Part shown: piece by piece, positions 18,935 through 27,793 of the stretch
How positions within the stretch are numbered: the stretch's first letter is position 1
Layout: each line of letters starts with the position of its first letter
Source of the DNA: an uncultured Clostridia bacterium
GTDB taxonomy: Bacteria > Bacillota > Clostridia > RUG12999
DNA: 64,000 nt
NCBI GenBank assembly: GCA_934792465.1
Contig: CAKVOK010000001.1
Location: 37,144 to 101,143 of the forward strand
Direction: 5' to 3'
Notes under the pieces: model-generated
What the model saw: only the letters and a program-made list of their open reading frames with translations
Database searches by the model: none
Told to the model about the DNA's origin: nothing
Made by a program: the position numbers and the translations under genes

Positions 18935-19993
18935 ATGGATATTACGAAAATAGACCCGAATTTCAGTATAAAAAGAGTATCTGAAGGACTTGATATAGAT
19001 TATTACGACGTAAAAGAAACCCCGATTAAGCTTTTCGGAGTGTTCTGTGAAAACAATAAATTTGTAAGGATGCCGGAAAGAGTGGCAAAAACGGTTTCCG
19101 AGGGCGTTCATTCGCTTTATGATAACACGGCAGGCGGAAGAGTCTGTTTTAAAACGGATTCCAGGTATATTGTACTTGCAGCCAAGATTGTATCGGCAGG
19201 CAAAATGCCGCATTTTACAACGCTCGGAAGCGCAGGTTTTGATTTGTACATAAAAGACGATTATTTCGGAGCATTTATGCCGGATTACAATGTTGACGGA
19301 GCGTATAACTGCGTGCTGGATTTCGGATTTGAAGGAATGAGAGAAATAACGATTAATTTTCCTCTGTACAGCAGCGTGTCGGATGTATATGTAGGCGTAA
19401 CCGCAGGGGCAAGAGTAGAAGAATATTACCCGTATAAAAAAATTCTGCCGATAGTGTATTACGGCTCGTCGATTACTCAAGGCGGATGTGCTTCAAGGCC
19501 GGGAAACAGCTATCAGGCGGAGATATGCAGAAGAACAGGTGTTGATTATATAAATCTGGGATTTTCGGGGAACGCAAAAGGCGAACAGGAGATGGCGGAT
19601 TATATAGCCGACCTCAATATGAGCATATTTGTTATGGATTACGACCATAATACACCGAATGTGGAACATCTTAAAAATACGCATGAGAAATTCTTTAAGA
19701 CAATACGTAAAAAGAATAAGGATTTGCCTGTGATATTCGTTACAAAACCGGATTTCAAAGGCGTCGGCGACAGCTTGCGCCGTGACGTCATTTATACAAC
19801 GTACAGAAACGCATTGCTCACAGGAGATGAAAATGTGGCATTCATTGACGGAAGCACATTTTTCAGCGGTGACAAAAGAAGCTTTTGTACCGTGGATAAT
19901 TGCCACCCGAACGATATGGGATTTTATCAAATGGCATGTTCGATAGGCGAGGTTGTGGAAAAATTGCTGAAATACGGCAATTACGTTAAATAA
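18935..19993 (+). CDS. SGNH/GDSL-type hydrolase with an N-terminal accessory domain
   Basis: GSSITQG (block I) and a C-terminal DNCHPND (DxxH) block. Confidence 0.65.
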   Translation: MDITKIDPNFSIKRVSEGLDIDYYDVKETPIKLFGVFCENNKFVRMPERVAKTVSEGVHSLYDNTAGGRVCFKTDSRYIVLAAKIVSAGKMPHFTTLGSAGFDLYIKDDYFGAFMPDYNVDGAYNCVLDFGFEGMREITINFPLYSSVSDVYVGVTAGARVEEYYPYKKILPIVYYGSSITQGGCASRPGNSYQAEICRRTGVDYINLGFSGNAKGEQEMADYIADLNMSIFVMDYDHNTPNVEHLKNTHEKFFKTIRKKNKDLPVIFVTKPDFKGVGDSLRRDVIYTTYRNALLTGDENVAFIDGSTFFSGDKRSFCTVDNCHPNDMGFYQMACSIGEVVEKLLKYGNYVK

Positions 19994-20032
19994 TATTTGT
20001 GCCGCATATACGGCGGCGGAATGGAGTGAAAT

Positions 20033-20644
20033 ATGAGTAAAATAATAACAATAAGCAGACAGTTCGGAAGCGGCGGCGGTGAAATAGGCAAAAAACTTGC
20101 CACAGACCTTAATATTCCGTTTTATGATAAAAGTATAATAAATATTGCAGCAAAGGACAGCGGATTCAGCGAGGATATTTTGGAATATTCCGAGGAAATG
20201 CCTATAAACAGCCTGCTGTATTCGATTGCTACGGGAAACGGAATCGGCGGAATCGGTTTGACGGGTCTGCCTCTCGGTGACAAACTGTTTCTTGCGCAGT
20301 TTGACGCAATAAAAAAAATTGCGGCGGAAGGACCGTGCGTACTTATAGGAAGATGTGCGGACTATGTTTTGAATGATATGGATAATGTTATAAATATATT
20401 TATTCATGCAGATATAGATAAGCGAATTGAGCGTATTTCAAAAACACACTCGCTTAGTGCAGAGGAGGCAAAAAAGAAAATTGATAAGGTAGATAAGCGC
20501 AGAGCCGCTTATTACTATCATTATACGCTCGAAAAGTGGGGAACCGTGACAAGATACGACTTGTGTATAAACAGTTCAACGCTTGGTGTGGAAAAGACAG
20601 CGGCGGCAATAAAGCATTTTATTGACGCTTGCGAAAAAAATTAA
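20033..20644 (+). CDS. Cytidylate kinase-like family protein (P-loop NTPase)
   Basis: ITISRQFGSGGGEIGKKLA P-loop N-terminus, typical of the 'cytidylate kinase-like' family of Clostridia. Confidence 0.7.
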   Translation: MSKIITISRQFGSGGGEIGKKLATDLNIPFYDKSIINIAAKDSGFSEDILEYSEEMPINSLLYSIATGNGIGGIGLTGLPLGDKLFLAQFDAIKKIAAEGPCVLIGRCADYVLNDMDNVINIFIHADIDKRIERISKTHSLSAEEAKKKIDKVDKRRAAYYYHYTLEKWGTVTRYDLCINSSTLGVEKTAAAIKHFIDACEKN

Positions 20645-20792
20645 ATATGTGAAATTGCATTTTTTCAATGTAACACTAAAAACTTGTAATTTATTATGAA
20701 GAAAATATACGCTATACATTATTAATTTATTTGGTTTAATTTAGTTTGGCAAAACAGCATTCAATAGTGCATAATTACTATGATTGCGTGAC

Positions 20793-20846
20793 AAAAAAAG
20801 GCGGTGGCGGCAAATTTATTTCAGTTTGCCGTCACCGCTTTTTTTG
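20793..20846. terminator. Bidirectional rho-independent terminator. It ends the minus-strand S24/HprK-like operon and the upstream plus-strand gene.
   Basis: GCGGTGGCGGCAAA…TTTGCCGTCACCGC 14-bp stem with an A7 run 5' and a T7 run 3'. The stem overlaps the stop codon of the S24 peptidase gene. Confidence 0.65.
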
Positions 20847-21269
20847 CTTTGGAAAAATAATGCCGCTTTTCAACCCTTTTATTATATGAATAAATCTTCG
20901 CCGGATATAATCCCGACATATTTTTTTGCTGTATTTTATATATGCTTCGTCGGTACAGCTTATGAGCTTTCCGTTGCGGTAAAAGCCGGCAAGAACACCT
21001 ATAATATCACTGTCTTTTATGTCACATTCAAGGTGTACTCTGTTGTCACCGCATATAACGTACCCGTTTTTGGCAATCCTTATGATTCTGTGCATTGTAT
21101 AATGTCCGTTGCGCTTGTATACGGGTATGTCATATTTTTTTAGCGGAAATTTCGGCGGTACTATTATAACGCTGTCACGTCCTTCAATCAGCATGGGGTT
21201 CATGCTGTCGCCCTGCGTTTTCGTTATGTATATTCCGTTTTCCTTTAATGCCTGTTCGATTCCTTTCAT
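20832..21269 (-). CDS. S24/S26-family peptidase (LexA/signal-peptidase-like catalytic domain, no HTH, no obvious TM anchor)
   Basis: …TQGDSMNPML… serine-nucleophile motif. About 145 aa from MKGIEQALK, with its start overlapping the stop of the upstream gene. Confidence 0.65.
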   Translation of the reverse strand: MKGIEQALKENGIYITKTQGDSMNPMLIEGRDSVIIVPPKFPLKKYDIPVYKRNGHYTMHRIIRIAKNGYVICGDNRVHLECDIKDSDIIGVLAGFYRNGKLISCTDEAYIKYSKKICRDYIRRRFIHIIKGLKSGIIFPKQKKR

Positions 21270-21955
21270 ATTCCGATTACCTCGTATGCGGTTTTTGCCG
21301 CCGATATATCTGTATTGCATTTTATCAGATAAAATTCGGATTGCTCCGCTAAAATATTGATAAGGTCAAAAAGCTTCTGGATGCTTTTGTTTTTCGGAAT
21401 GTAAATCTGATTAATCAAACGCTTGAATATATGTGCCTTTTCAAGAGGAATACACTCGTTTTCCGTGCTGCGCTCGATAAAGCATATTTTCCGAAGCTTC
21501 GTTTTTGCGTTAACCTGTAGGCCCTCTTTTCCTGCCCAGGGCGTGCCGAACGCATATGCACAGCCGCCGATTATCCGTATCAAAGGTTTGTCGCCGTTGA
21601 TTACTCTTATTTCGCTGCCCAAAAGCTGCTGCCATAATCGCACATGTGTGCTTTTGCCGACGCCGCTTTTTGCGAGAAATGCCGTTCCGCAGCCGTGTAC
21701 GTCTATTACTGCGCCGTGCATCAGAAATCCGTCGAAATCCAAAATGCTTTCGGCAATTTTTCTGTATACGGCAAGGCTTTCGAGATACGCTGCCGAATAT
21801 TTGTTTTCCGTATCTTCGGCATATATTTCTTGCTCGGAAACAGTGGCATCGATTGAAAAATTCGGCTCGGCAGCCGTATATTCTCTGCACAATTCGGCGA
21901 GATAAGCATATTTGTTCTCGATTTTTATATTAATATCGGCAAGTCGAATAATCAT
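21266..21955 (-). CDS. HPr kinase/phosphorylase C-terminal-domain-like P-loop protein (stand-alone, 229 aa)
   Basis: HGAVIDVHGCGTAFLAKSGVGKSTHVRLWQQLLGSEIRVINGDKPLIRI parallels the HprK C-domain (HGvLvdv.G.GvLitG.SGiGKSe…adD). It overlaps both neighbours by 4 nt. Confidence 0.55.
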   Translation of the reverse strand: MIIRLADINIKIENKYAYLAELCREYTAAEPNFSIDATVSEQEIYAEDTENKYSAAYLESLAVYRKIAESILDFDGFLMHGAVIDVHGCGTAFLAKSGVGKSTHVRLWQQLLGSEIRVINGDKPLIRIIGGCAYAFGTPWAGKEGLQVNAKTKLRKICFIERSTENECIPLEKAHIFKRLINQIYIPKNKSIQKLFDLINILAEQSEFYLIKCNTDISAAKTAYEVIGI

Positions 21956-22416
21956 TCATCTTCAAGCTCCTCTGTTTTAGGGCGCAGCAGATATACCGCA
22001 AGCATGGGAAATGACAGCAGTACACCGCTCAAAAGCGCAGCAAGGGGCTTGTATACACCGCATATGGCGAAAAGCTTAAAAGGCAGAAACATATATGTAT
22101 ATACAGGTTCTGTTTTGAAAAAAGCAAGTATAAACGCCGTAATTGTCATAAATGCAAGCGGAAAACCGGCATGCATAAAATATTTTTTTGCCGACAATTC
22201 CCCGGAACGGATAAATTCTTCAAAGAGTGTTTTGCGACAGTGAAGAAAATAAAATATGCATATCAAAACCGTAAATATAAGAGCGGCTGCAAACCCCCAT
22301 AGCTTTTCACTGAAAATTTCTATGCTTTGTATTATCATTGCGGCAGCAAGCGAAAGAATCATTTCGCCTGCGAAAAGCTCGGCGAATTTGTTTAATAAAA
22401 ACCTCAAAAAAATCAA
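21952..22416 (-). CDS. Small polytopic membrane protein (about 4 TM, 154 aa), hypothetical
   Basis: Hydrophobic segments with an acidic C-terminal tail (…KTEELEDE). Translationally coupled on both sides. Confidence 0.45.
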   Translation of the reverse strand: MIFLRFLLNKFAELFAGEMILSLAAAMIIQSIEIFSEKLWGFAAALIFTVLICIFYFLHCRKTLFEEFIRSGELSAKKYFMHAGFPLAFMTITAFILAFFKTEPVYTYMFLPFKLFAICGVYKPLAALLSGVLLSFPMLAVYLLRPKTEELEDE

Positions 22417-22853
22417 CCTCCGTTATTTATCAAAACCGCTTTTGCCGTATCGTCCCAGTCTACCTGCATATTAAATGCCTCGGAAACCGCACGGACAGGA
22501 ACGAGAGTTCTGCCGTCTGTCACGAAAGGCTCGCTGTCGAGAGGGACTTTTGTTTCGCTTCCGGCTTTGAAATCCTTTATGATTATTGCAGGCTTGCCTA
22601 TTTGCATTAATATGAATTTTGAATCTTTGGAAGCAAGAATCATTTGTGTGTCCTCTATCCATTCGACTTTTGCACCGAGTTCTTCAAATATTTTGCGCAT
22701 GGGAACCATGGTTCTGTCGTTTACTGTCTGCGGCGGCACATCAAACTCGATTTGCTTTCCGTTTATAAGCACGGATATGTTTTCTTCTGCCGCAGCATTA
22801 TGGGGAAATATGAGCATAGTTGCACAAAGTGTTATATATATTAATTTTTTCAT
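22413..22853 (-). CDS. Secreted copper-amine-oxidase N-terminal-domain-like ('stalk' domain) protein
   Basis: Signal peptide MKKLIYITLCATMLIFPHNAAA. Two halves with …DRTMVPMRKIFEELGAKVEW… / …GRTLVPVRAVSEAFNMQVDWD… repeat motifs typical of Cu_amine_oxidN1 domains. GGAG RBS. Confidence 0.6.
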   Translation of the reverse strand: MKKLIYITLCATMLIFPHNAAAEENISVLINGKQIEFDVPPQTVNDRTMVPMRKIFEELGAKVEWIEDTQMILASKDSKFILMQIGKPAIIIKDFKAGSETKVPLDSEPFVTDGRTLVPVRAVSEAFNMQVDWDDTAKAVLINNGG

Positions 22854-22874
22854 AGTTTTCTCCGTTATAAGGGT

Positions 22875-22893
22875 GGGGCGGAAAATCCGCCCC
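22875..22893 (-). other. GC-rich hairpin (GGGGCGG-aaaat-CCGCCCC) immediately after the small peptide ORF and before the next gene. Possibly an attenuator or processing/stability element.
   Basis: 7-bp G/C stem. No U-run follows on the minus strand, so it is not a classical full terminator. Confidence 0.3.
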
Positions 22894-22903
22894 ATAAAGT
22901 AGT

Positions 22904-23071
22904 TTATTGTGTGATGTCCCAGTCTGAATTCCAGTTTGCCGTTCCTGCGGAAACAGCCTTTATGCCTGCCGGTTTTGTGAAACCGGAAGTCGGTGTTTCA
23001 CCGCTTGTTTGGATAATATCTTCAAAATCGAGCGTTATAAATTCAGCTGAGGGTTTTGTATAGCTTTTCAT
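22904..23071 (-). CDS. Unannotated 55-aa small ORF: MKSYTKPSAEFITLDFEDIIQTSGETPTSGFTKPAGIKAVSAGTANWNSDWDITQ (no Cys, no signal peptide; S/T/G-rich with two Trp near the C-terminus)
   Basis: Absent from the ORF track (below its length cut-off). GGAGGT RBS 8 nt upstream of the ATG at 23071. Translated by hand from the reverse strand. Confidence 0.45.
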   Translation of the reverse strand: MKSYTKPSAEFITLDFEDIIQTSGETPTSGFTKPAGIKAVSAGTANWNSDWDITQ

Positions 23072-23091
23072 GTTTTATTACCTCCGATTTA

Positions 23092-25278
23092 TTATTCGGC
23101 AATATAGCCGTTTACCGTAGCTGTTTTGGATACTGATACAGCCGAACCGTATTCTGTGTCTATATAAGATACGCCGAGGATTGTTCTGTCAAGCTCGGTT
23201 GACGGAATTTCCATAAGGTCTGCGGCAAATGTATCTCCGCTGAGATTGCTGTTTTCGATTATCAGCTTTTTATCCGGTGCTGTATCGAAAATATCAGCCG
23301 GAATAAGCCATGTTCCGAATGTTGTAACGGCTGTGTCTGCGGGAACGGAAACTTTTGTTATGAAACGCAGGTTTCCTTTTCCGCTCTCGCCGATGTATGC
23401 GTCTGCGTCCGAGATTTCAACGGACGGAAGATTGTTTACGATTTCGCTGTTTGCAAGTAATATTGTTGATGTTCCCTGAAGTGAGCAGTCATGCTTGCTG
23501 TCGCCGTACTTAATGTACAAATCGGCATATGCTGCGTATGCGTAAAAAATGTTGCCGGCTTTATTTGCAAAATACAGACCTTTAACCTTTGTGCCGTTCT
23601 TAGCGCATGTAGCTGCGCTTTCGTCACAGCCGGAAACAACCGTGTCAAGCTCTATGTAATTGCTGTCGGGCTTTGTTTTCTCAAATGTTATACCGGAAAC
23701 CTTGCAGCTGCTTAAGTTTATGTTACCCTGCATATTTGCAACAAGACCGGCAACATTATACATACCTTTTAATGTTACATTATTCACCGTACAATCTCTC
23801 AATGTGATGTTTGAGTCCTTTCCGACCGACATTCCGACGATAGCGCTGACTTTGCCGCTGCCGGATATTGTACAGTTTGTTACGTTGATCTTTTCGAATG
23901 TTGAACTTCCGAGGCTGTAGCCGCATACGGCAGCAGTTATATTAGCTGTTGTGTTTTCTCCGTTTACATAGTTGGAAGCACCCGTAACGTTAAGGTTTTT
24001 AATTGTAGCCGAATTAATACGTCCGAACAATGCGCTGCCGAAATATGTATATATTTTTTCATAGTTTGTGTTGTTGCTTGCCGATATAAGCGTATATGTT
24101 GAACGGTAATTTAAAATTGTTTTGTCGTTTCCGTCAAACGTCCCTTTAAATGCAATTGCACCGTTGTCGCCCTTGCCTATAGGATCCCAAATTTCGTTTC
24201 CTAAGTCGATGTCGGCAGCAAGCCGAACGAATTTGCCTGCATAGTTATTTCCGAAATTTACACTGTCACGGAATGTTCTTAAATCTTCTGCATTGTTAAT
24301 GATATACGGGTCTGTTTCAGTACCGCTGCCGTTTTCCAAAACAGGAATGTTATATGAACGTTCAGCATTGGCAAGTAAATATTCTCCGTCTTTTAATTTA
24401 CAATCGTGTGAGGAATGACCGTATTTATCATATAATTCAGAATATGTAACGCAGTAATAATATGTACCGATAGGGACAATTCCCAATGTACCCTTAATTT
24501 TTGTTCCGTTGCCGAGACAATATTGATTATTATCTGTACATGCGATTTCTGTATCAACATCTACATATCCTTTTATAGTTTTATATGTGGAGGGAATCCA
24601 GATATTTCCGAATACATAGCTGTCTGTGAGTTCAATTTCATTTTGGAGAAGCCCGACCAAACCGGACACGGCATTAACACCGTATAATTTGCTGTTTTCC
24701 GTGCTGCAATTAATCAGTTTTGTTGTTCCGCTTGGATCGGCTGCCATTCCGACAATACCGCCGATTTTGCTATATCCGCCAATATAAGAATTTCTTACAT
24801 GAACATTTTCAAATGTATAGGTGCCGTATACATATCCGGTTACTGCACCTACAACATTAGAATCACCTGATATGTTAGCATTGCTCATAATAAGGTTTTT
24901 TATACTTCCGCTCATAACGTTTCCGAATAATCCGTACCCGTAGCCCTCCGGGCAACTGATTTTCAAATTTGAAATTGTTTTGTTATTACCGTCAAATGTA
25001 CCTTTAAAAGCACTTGTACCTGTTCCTATCGGGGTCCAAGTAACACCGTTCAAATTAATATCGGCAGTAAGCTTAACGTATTTACCGCTGTAGTTATTAC
25101 CGCTGTTGACATCATCTCCGAAGAAAGTGAGATCGTCAACGGATGAAATAAGATACGGGTCGCTTGCCGTGCCGCTGCCCGCTAAGGCTGTTGTTTCAGC
25201 ATTTACCGTCATTGCAAGCATTGAAAAAATCATTGTGATTGCAGCGAAAATGCTAATGAGTTTTTTGTTTTTTTGCAT
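23092..25278 (-). CDS. Large secreted protein with two tandem copies of an about 300-aa GLUG-motif / beta-helix-like module, each followed by a Cys-containing linker.
   Basis: Signal peptide MQKNKKLISIFAAITMIFSMLAMTVNA. Internal repeat GSGTASDPYLISSVDDLTFFGDDVNSGNNYSGKYVKLTADINL… // GSGTETDPYIINNAEDLRTFRDSVNFGNNYAGKFVRLAADIDL…. Multiple GG[LI]VG-type motifs. Start at 25278 with an AGGAAGGAAG RBS. Confidence 0.6.
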   Translation of the reverse strand: MQKNKKLISIFAAITMIFSMLAMTVNAETTALAGSGTASDPYLISSVDDLTFFGDDVNSGNNYSGKYVKLTADINLNGVTWTPIGTGTSAFKGTFDGNNKTISNLKISCPEGYGYGLFGNVMSGSIKNLIMSNANISGDSNVVGAVTGYVYGTYTFENVHVRNSYIGGYSKIGGIVGMAADPSGTTKLINCSTENSKLYGVNAVSGLVGLLQNEIELTDSYVFGNIWIPSTYKTIKGYVDVDTEIACTDNNQYCLGNGTKIKGTLGIVPIGTYYYCVTYSELYDKYGHSSHDCKLKDGEYLLANAERSYNIPVLENGSGTETDPYIINNAEDLRTFRDSVNFGNNYAGKFVRLAADIDLGNEIWDPIGKGDNGAIAFKGTFDGNDKTILNYRSTYTLISASNNTNYEKIYTYFGSALFGRINSATIKNLNVTGASNYVNGENTTANITAAVCGYSLGSSTFEKINVTNCTISGSGKVSAIVGMSVGKDSNITLRDCTVNNVTLKGMYNVAGLVANMQGNINLSSCKVSGITFEKTKPDSNYIELDTVVSGCDESAATCAKNGTKVKGLYFANKAGNIFYAYAAYADLYIKYGDSKHDCSLQGTSTILLANSEIVNNLPSVEISDADAYIGESGKGNLRFITKVSVPADTAVTTFGTWLIPADIFDTAPDKKLIIENSNLSGDTFAADLMEIPSTELDRTILGVSYIDTEYGSAVSVSKTATVNGYIAE

Positions 25279-25676
25279 AAGTTTCTTCCTTCCTTTTTTG
25301 TATTCTCCGGAATATAGGTGCACCGTATGTCCGGATTTTTTTCTGCGAAACATCGCAAATCTACATATACAATTTTATCATACAGCACATTATTTGTCAA
25401 CACTTTTTTGAATTTTATGTATTTTTTTGACATAATGCAAACGTTTGTATAATTATAAACACTCATATTAATTAAATTTGACGAAAAAATATATAACTTA
25501 ATTTGTATATTTAAAAAAATAATATCCAAACGATTGATAGTGTGGCCGGAGATTGTTTTTTATATATTTATGAAAATTTTGCGAATTCGGAGGTTAAAAA
25601 TGTATTGCAAAGTTCAGGGGAAAGTGATATAATTATAGTATAAACAGCGTGAAAAAATTGAAAAGGGGGTATCTTG

Positions 25677-25847
25677 ATGAATGAATTCAGAACGGTGGTA
25701 TCGGTCATTCTTATGGTAATTACGGGAATTGTCGGCTTTTTCGTGGGAGGAGCAGCGTTTGATGAAGCATTAAACGGGGCGATTTTGTTTTCAATGATAA
25801 CCGGAATTGCTTGTATAATTTATACAATAGACAACAGGGAAGAGTAG
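25677..25847 (+). CDS. Small 56-aa two-TM membrane protein, hypothetical
   Basis: Absent from the track. AAGGGGG RBS. MNEFRTVVSVILMVITGIVGFFVGGAAFDEALNGAILFSMITGIACIIYTIDNREE. Confidence 0.3.
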   Translation: MNEFRTVVSVILMVITGIVGFFVGGAAFDEALNGAILFSMITGIACIIYTIDNREE

Positions 25848-25945
25848 AAGAAAATTTGAAAATATTTCAAATATGTATTGATTTTTGCATTAATTAGTGG
25901 TATACTATAAAATGTGGTTATTTTATTTTTTAAGGAGAGATAAAA

Positions 25946-26593
25946 ATGGATAAAGAGCAGATTTTAACAAAAATCACGGATGTCGGCGTTGTTGCCGTTG
26001 TACGTGCAAACAGCAGCGAACAGGCAATGAAAATCGCAGACGCTTGCATTGAGGGCGGGATCCCGGCTATAGAGCTTACTTTTACAGTACCTCATGCGGA
26101 TAAAGTTATAGCAGACCTTGCGGCAAAATATACTCACGGTGAAATAATTCTCGGCGCAGGTACGGTTATGGACCCGGAAACGGCAAGAATAGCAATACTT
26201 GCAGGTGCGCAGTTTGTAGTAAGCCCGTACTTCAATCCGGAAACCGTAAAGCTTTGCAACAGATACAGAGTTGCCTGCATGCCGGGTGCAATGACAATCA
26301 AAGAAATTGTTTCGGCAATGGAATCGGGTGCGGATATTGTTAAGGTATTCCCCGGAGATTTGTTCGGACCTAAGATAATAAAAGACGTAAGAGGACCTAT
26401 TCCTTATGCGAAACTTATGCCTACGGGCGGCGTCGACGTGTCGAACGTTGCGGATTGGGTGAAAGCCGGTGCGGTTGCCGTGGGAACAGGCTCAAGTCTT
26501 ACGAAAGGCGCTGCAACGGGAGATTACAAGGCTGTTGCGGAAAAAGCAAAAGAATTTGTTGCTGCTGTTAAAGCTGCAAGAGAAAATATATAA
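25946..26593 (+). CDS. eda: Bifunctional 2-keto-3-deoxy-6-phosphogluconate / 4-hydroxy-2-oxoglutarate aldolase
   Basis: 215 aa, KDPG aldolase family pattern (…GIPAIELTFTVP…GAGTVMD…). Confidence 0.85.
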   Translation: MDKEQILTKITDVGVVAVVRANSSEQAMKIADACIEGGIPAIELTFTVPHADKVIADLAAKYTHGEIILGAGTVMDPETARIAILAGAQFVVSPYFNPETVKLCNRYRVACMPGAMTIKEIVSAMESGADIVKVFPGDLFGPKIIKDVRGPIPYAKLMPTGGVDVSNVADWVKAGAVAVGTGSSLTKGAATGDYKAVAEKAKEFVAAVKAARENI

Positions 26594-26618
26594 TTCAACG
26601 GGAAAGAGGTAGAATCAA

Positions 26619-27644
26619 ATGGCAAAAAAAGCAGTTACATTCGGAGAAATCATGATGCGGCTTCAGACTCCGGGTTATCAGAGATACATACAGGCACAGG
26701 GTTTTGAACTCGTATACGGCGGCGGTGAAGCAAACGTTGCGGTTTCGCTCGCAAATTTCGGCATTGACGCAAGTTTTGTTACGAAGCTTCCCGAAAATCC
26801 GCTCGGCGACGCTTGCCTTGCAACGCTCCGCAAGCATGGTGTAGATACTTCAAAAATAGCAAGAGGCGGAGAAAGACTCGGAATTTATTTCTGCGAAAAG
26901 GGCGCATCGCAAAGACCGTCAAATGTTGTATACGACAGGGCACATTCTTCGATAGCAACGGCAGAACCGGCAGATTTTAACTGGGCTGAGATTTTCGGCG
27001 GTGCGGAGTGGTTTCATTTCACGGGCATAACCCCGGCAATATCGGATTCGGCTGCGGCTATTACGCTCGAAGCGTGCAAAAAAGCGAAGGAACTCGGAAT
27101 TAAAATCAGCTGTGATTTGAATTTCAGAAAGAAACTCTGGACAAGCGAAAAAGCCGGCAGAGTTATGGGCGAGCTTATGCAGTATGTTGACGTATGCATA
27201 GCTAACGAAGAAGATGCAGAAAAGGTATTCGGCATAAAAGCAAGCGAAACGGACGTAACAAGCGGAGAAATCAACCGTGACGGATATAAAGAGGTTGCGC
27301 ACAAGCTTGCAGAGCGTTTCGGATTTGAAAAAGTAGCCATTACGCTCAGAGAAAGCATATCGGCATCCGTAAACGGCTGGTCTGCAATGCTTTATGACGG
27401 TAAAGACTGTGTATTTTCGAAAAAATATACAATGAATGTAATCGACCGTGTAGGCGGCGGAGATTCGTTCGGCGGCGGACTTATATATGCGCTTATGAAC
27501 GACTACGGAACAGAGGATGCCATAAACTTTGCGGTTGCGGCGTCTTGTTTGAAGCATACGATTGAGGGCGATTTCAATCTCGTAAGTGTTGCGGAAGTAA
27601 AAAATCTTGCCGGCGGCGACGGAAGCGGAAGAGTACAGAGATAA
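26619..27644 (+). CDS. kdgK: 2-dehydro-3-deoxygluconokinase (PfkB family sugar kinase)
   Basis: PfkB N-terminal GG motif (…VYGGGEANVAVSLANFG…) and a C-terminal GGGDSF-type anion hole. Adjacent to eda. Confidence 0.8.
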   Translation: MAKKAVTFGEIMMRLQTPGYQRYIQAQGFELVYGGGEANVAVSLANFGIDASFVTKLPENPLGDACLATLRKHGVDTSKIARGGERLGIYFCEKGASQRPSNVVYDRAHSSIATAEPADFNWAEIFGGAEWFHFTGITPAISDSAAAITLEACKKAKELGIKISCDLNFRKKLWTSEKAGRVMGELMQYVDVCIANEEDAEKVFGIKASETDVTSGEINRDGYKEVAHKLAERFGFEKVAITLRESISASVNGWSAMLYDGKDCVFSKKYTMNVIDRVGGGDSFGGGLIYALMNDYGTEDAINFAVAASCLKHTIEGDFNLVSVAEVKNLAGGDGSGRVQR

Positions 27645-27793
27645 AAAAATCTGAACAGTATAAAAAGTCGGAAACTTGAGAAAGCAGGTTTTCGGCTTTT
27701 TTGTGCAATAAAACGAAAAAACAGGAAACTACTTGAATTTATGATGATTTTGTGATATACTTTCCAATATATTGATTAGAGGGATATGTGGGT

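Noticed and set aside
20832-25278. Lasso-peptide or Agr-type locus
   Set aside because: There is no asparagine-synthetase-like cyclase, no transglutaminase-like leader protease and no PqqD-like RRE, so it is not a lasso locus. The peptide lacks Cys and there is no AgrB-like protein or AgrC/A pair, so it is not Agr. The layout is similar to both, but the defining enzymes are missing.
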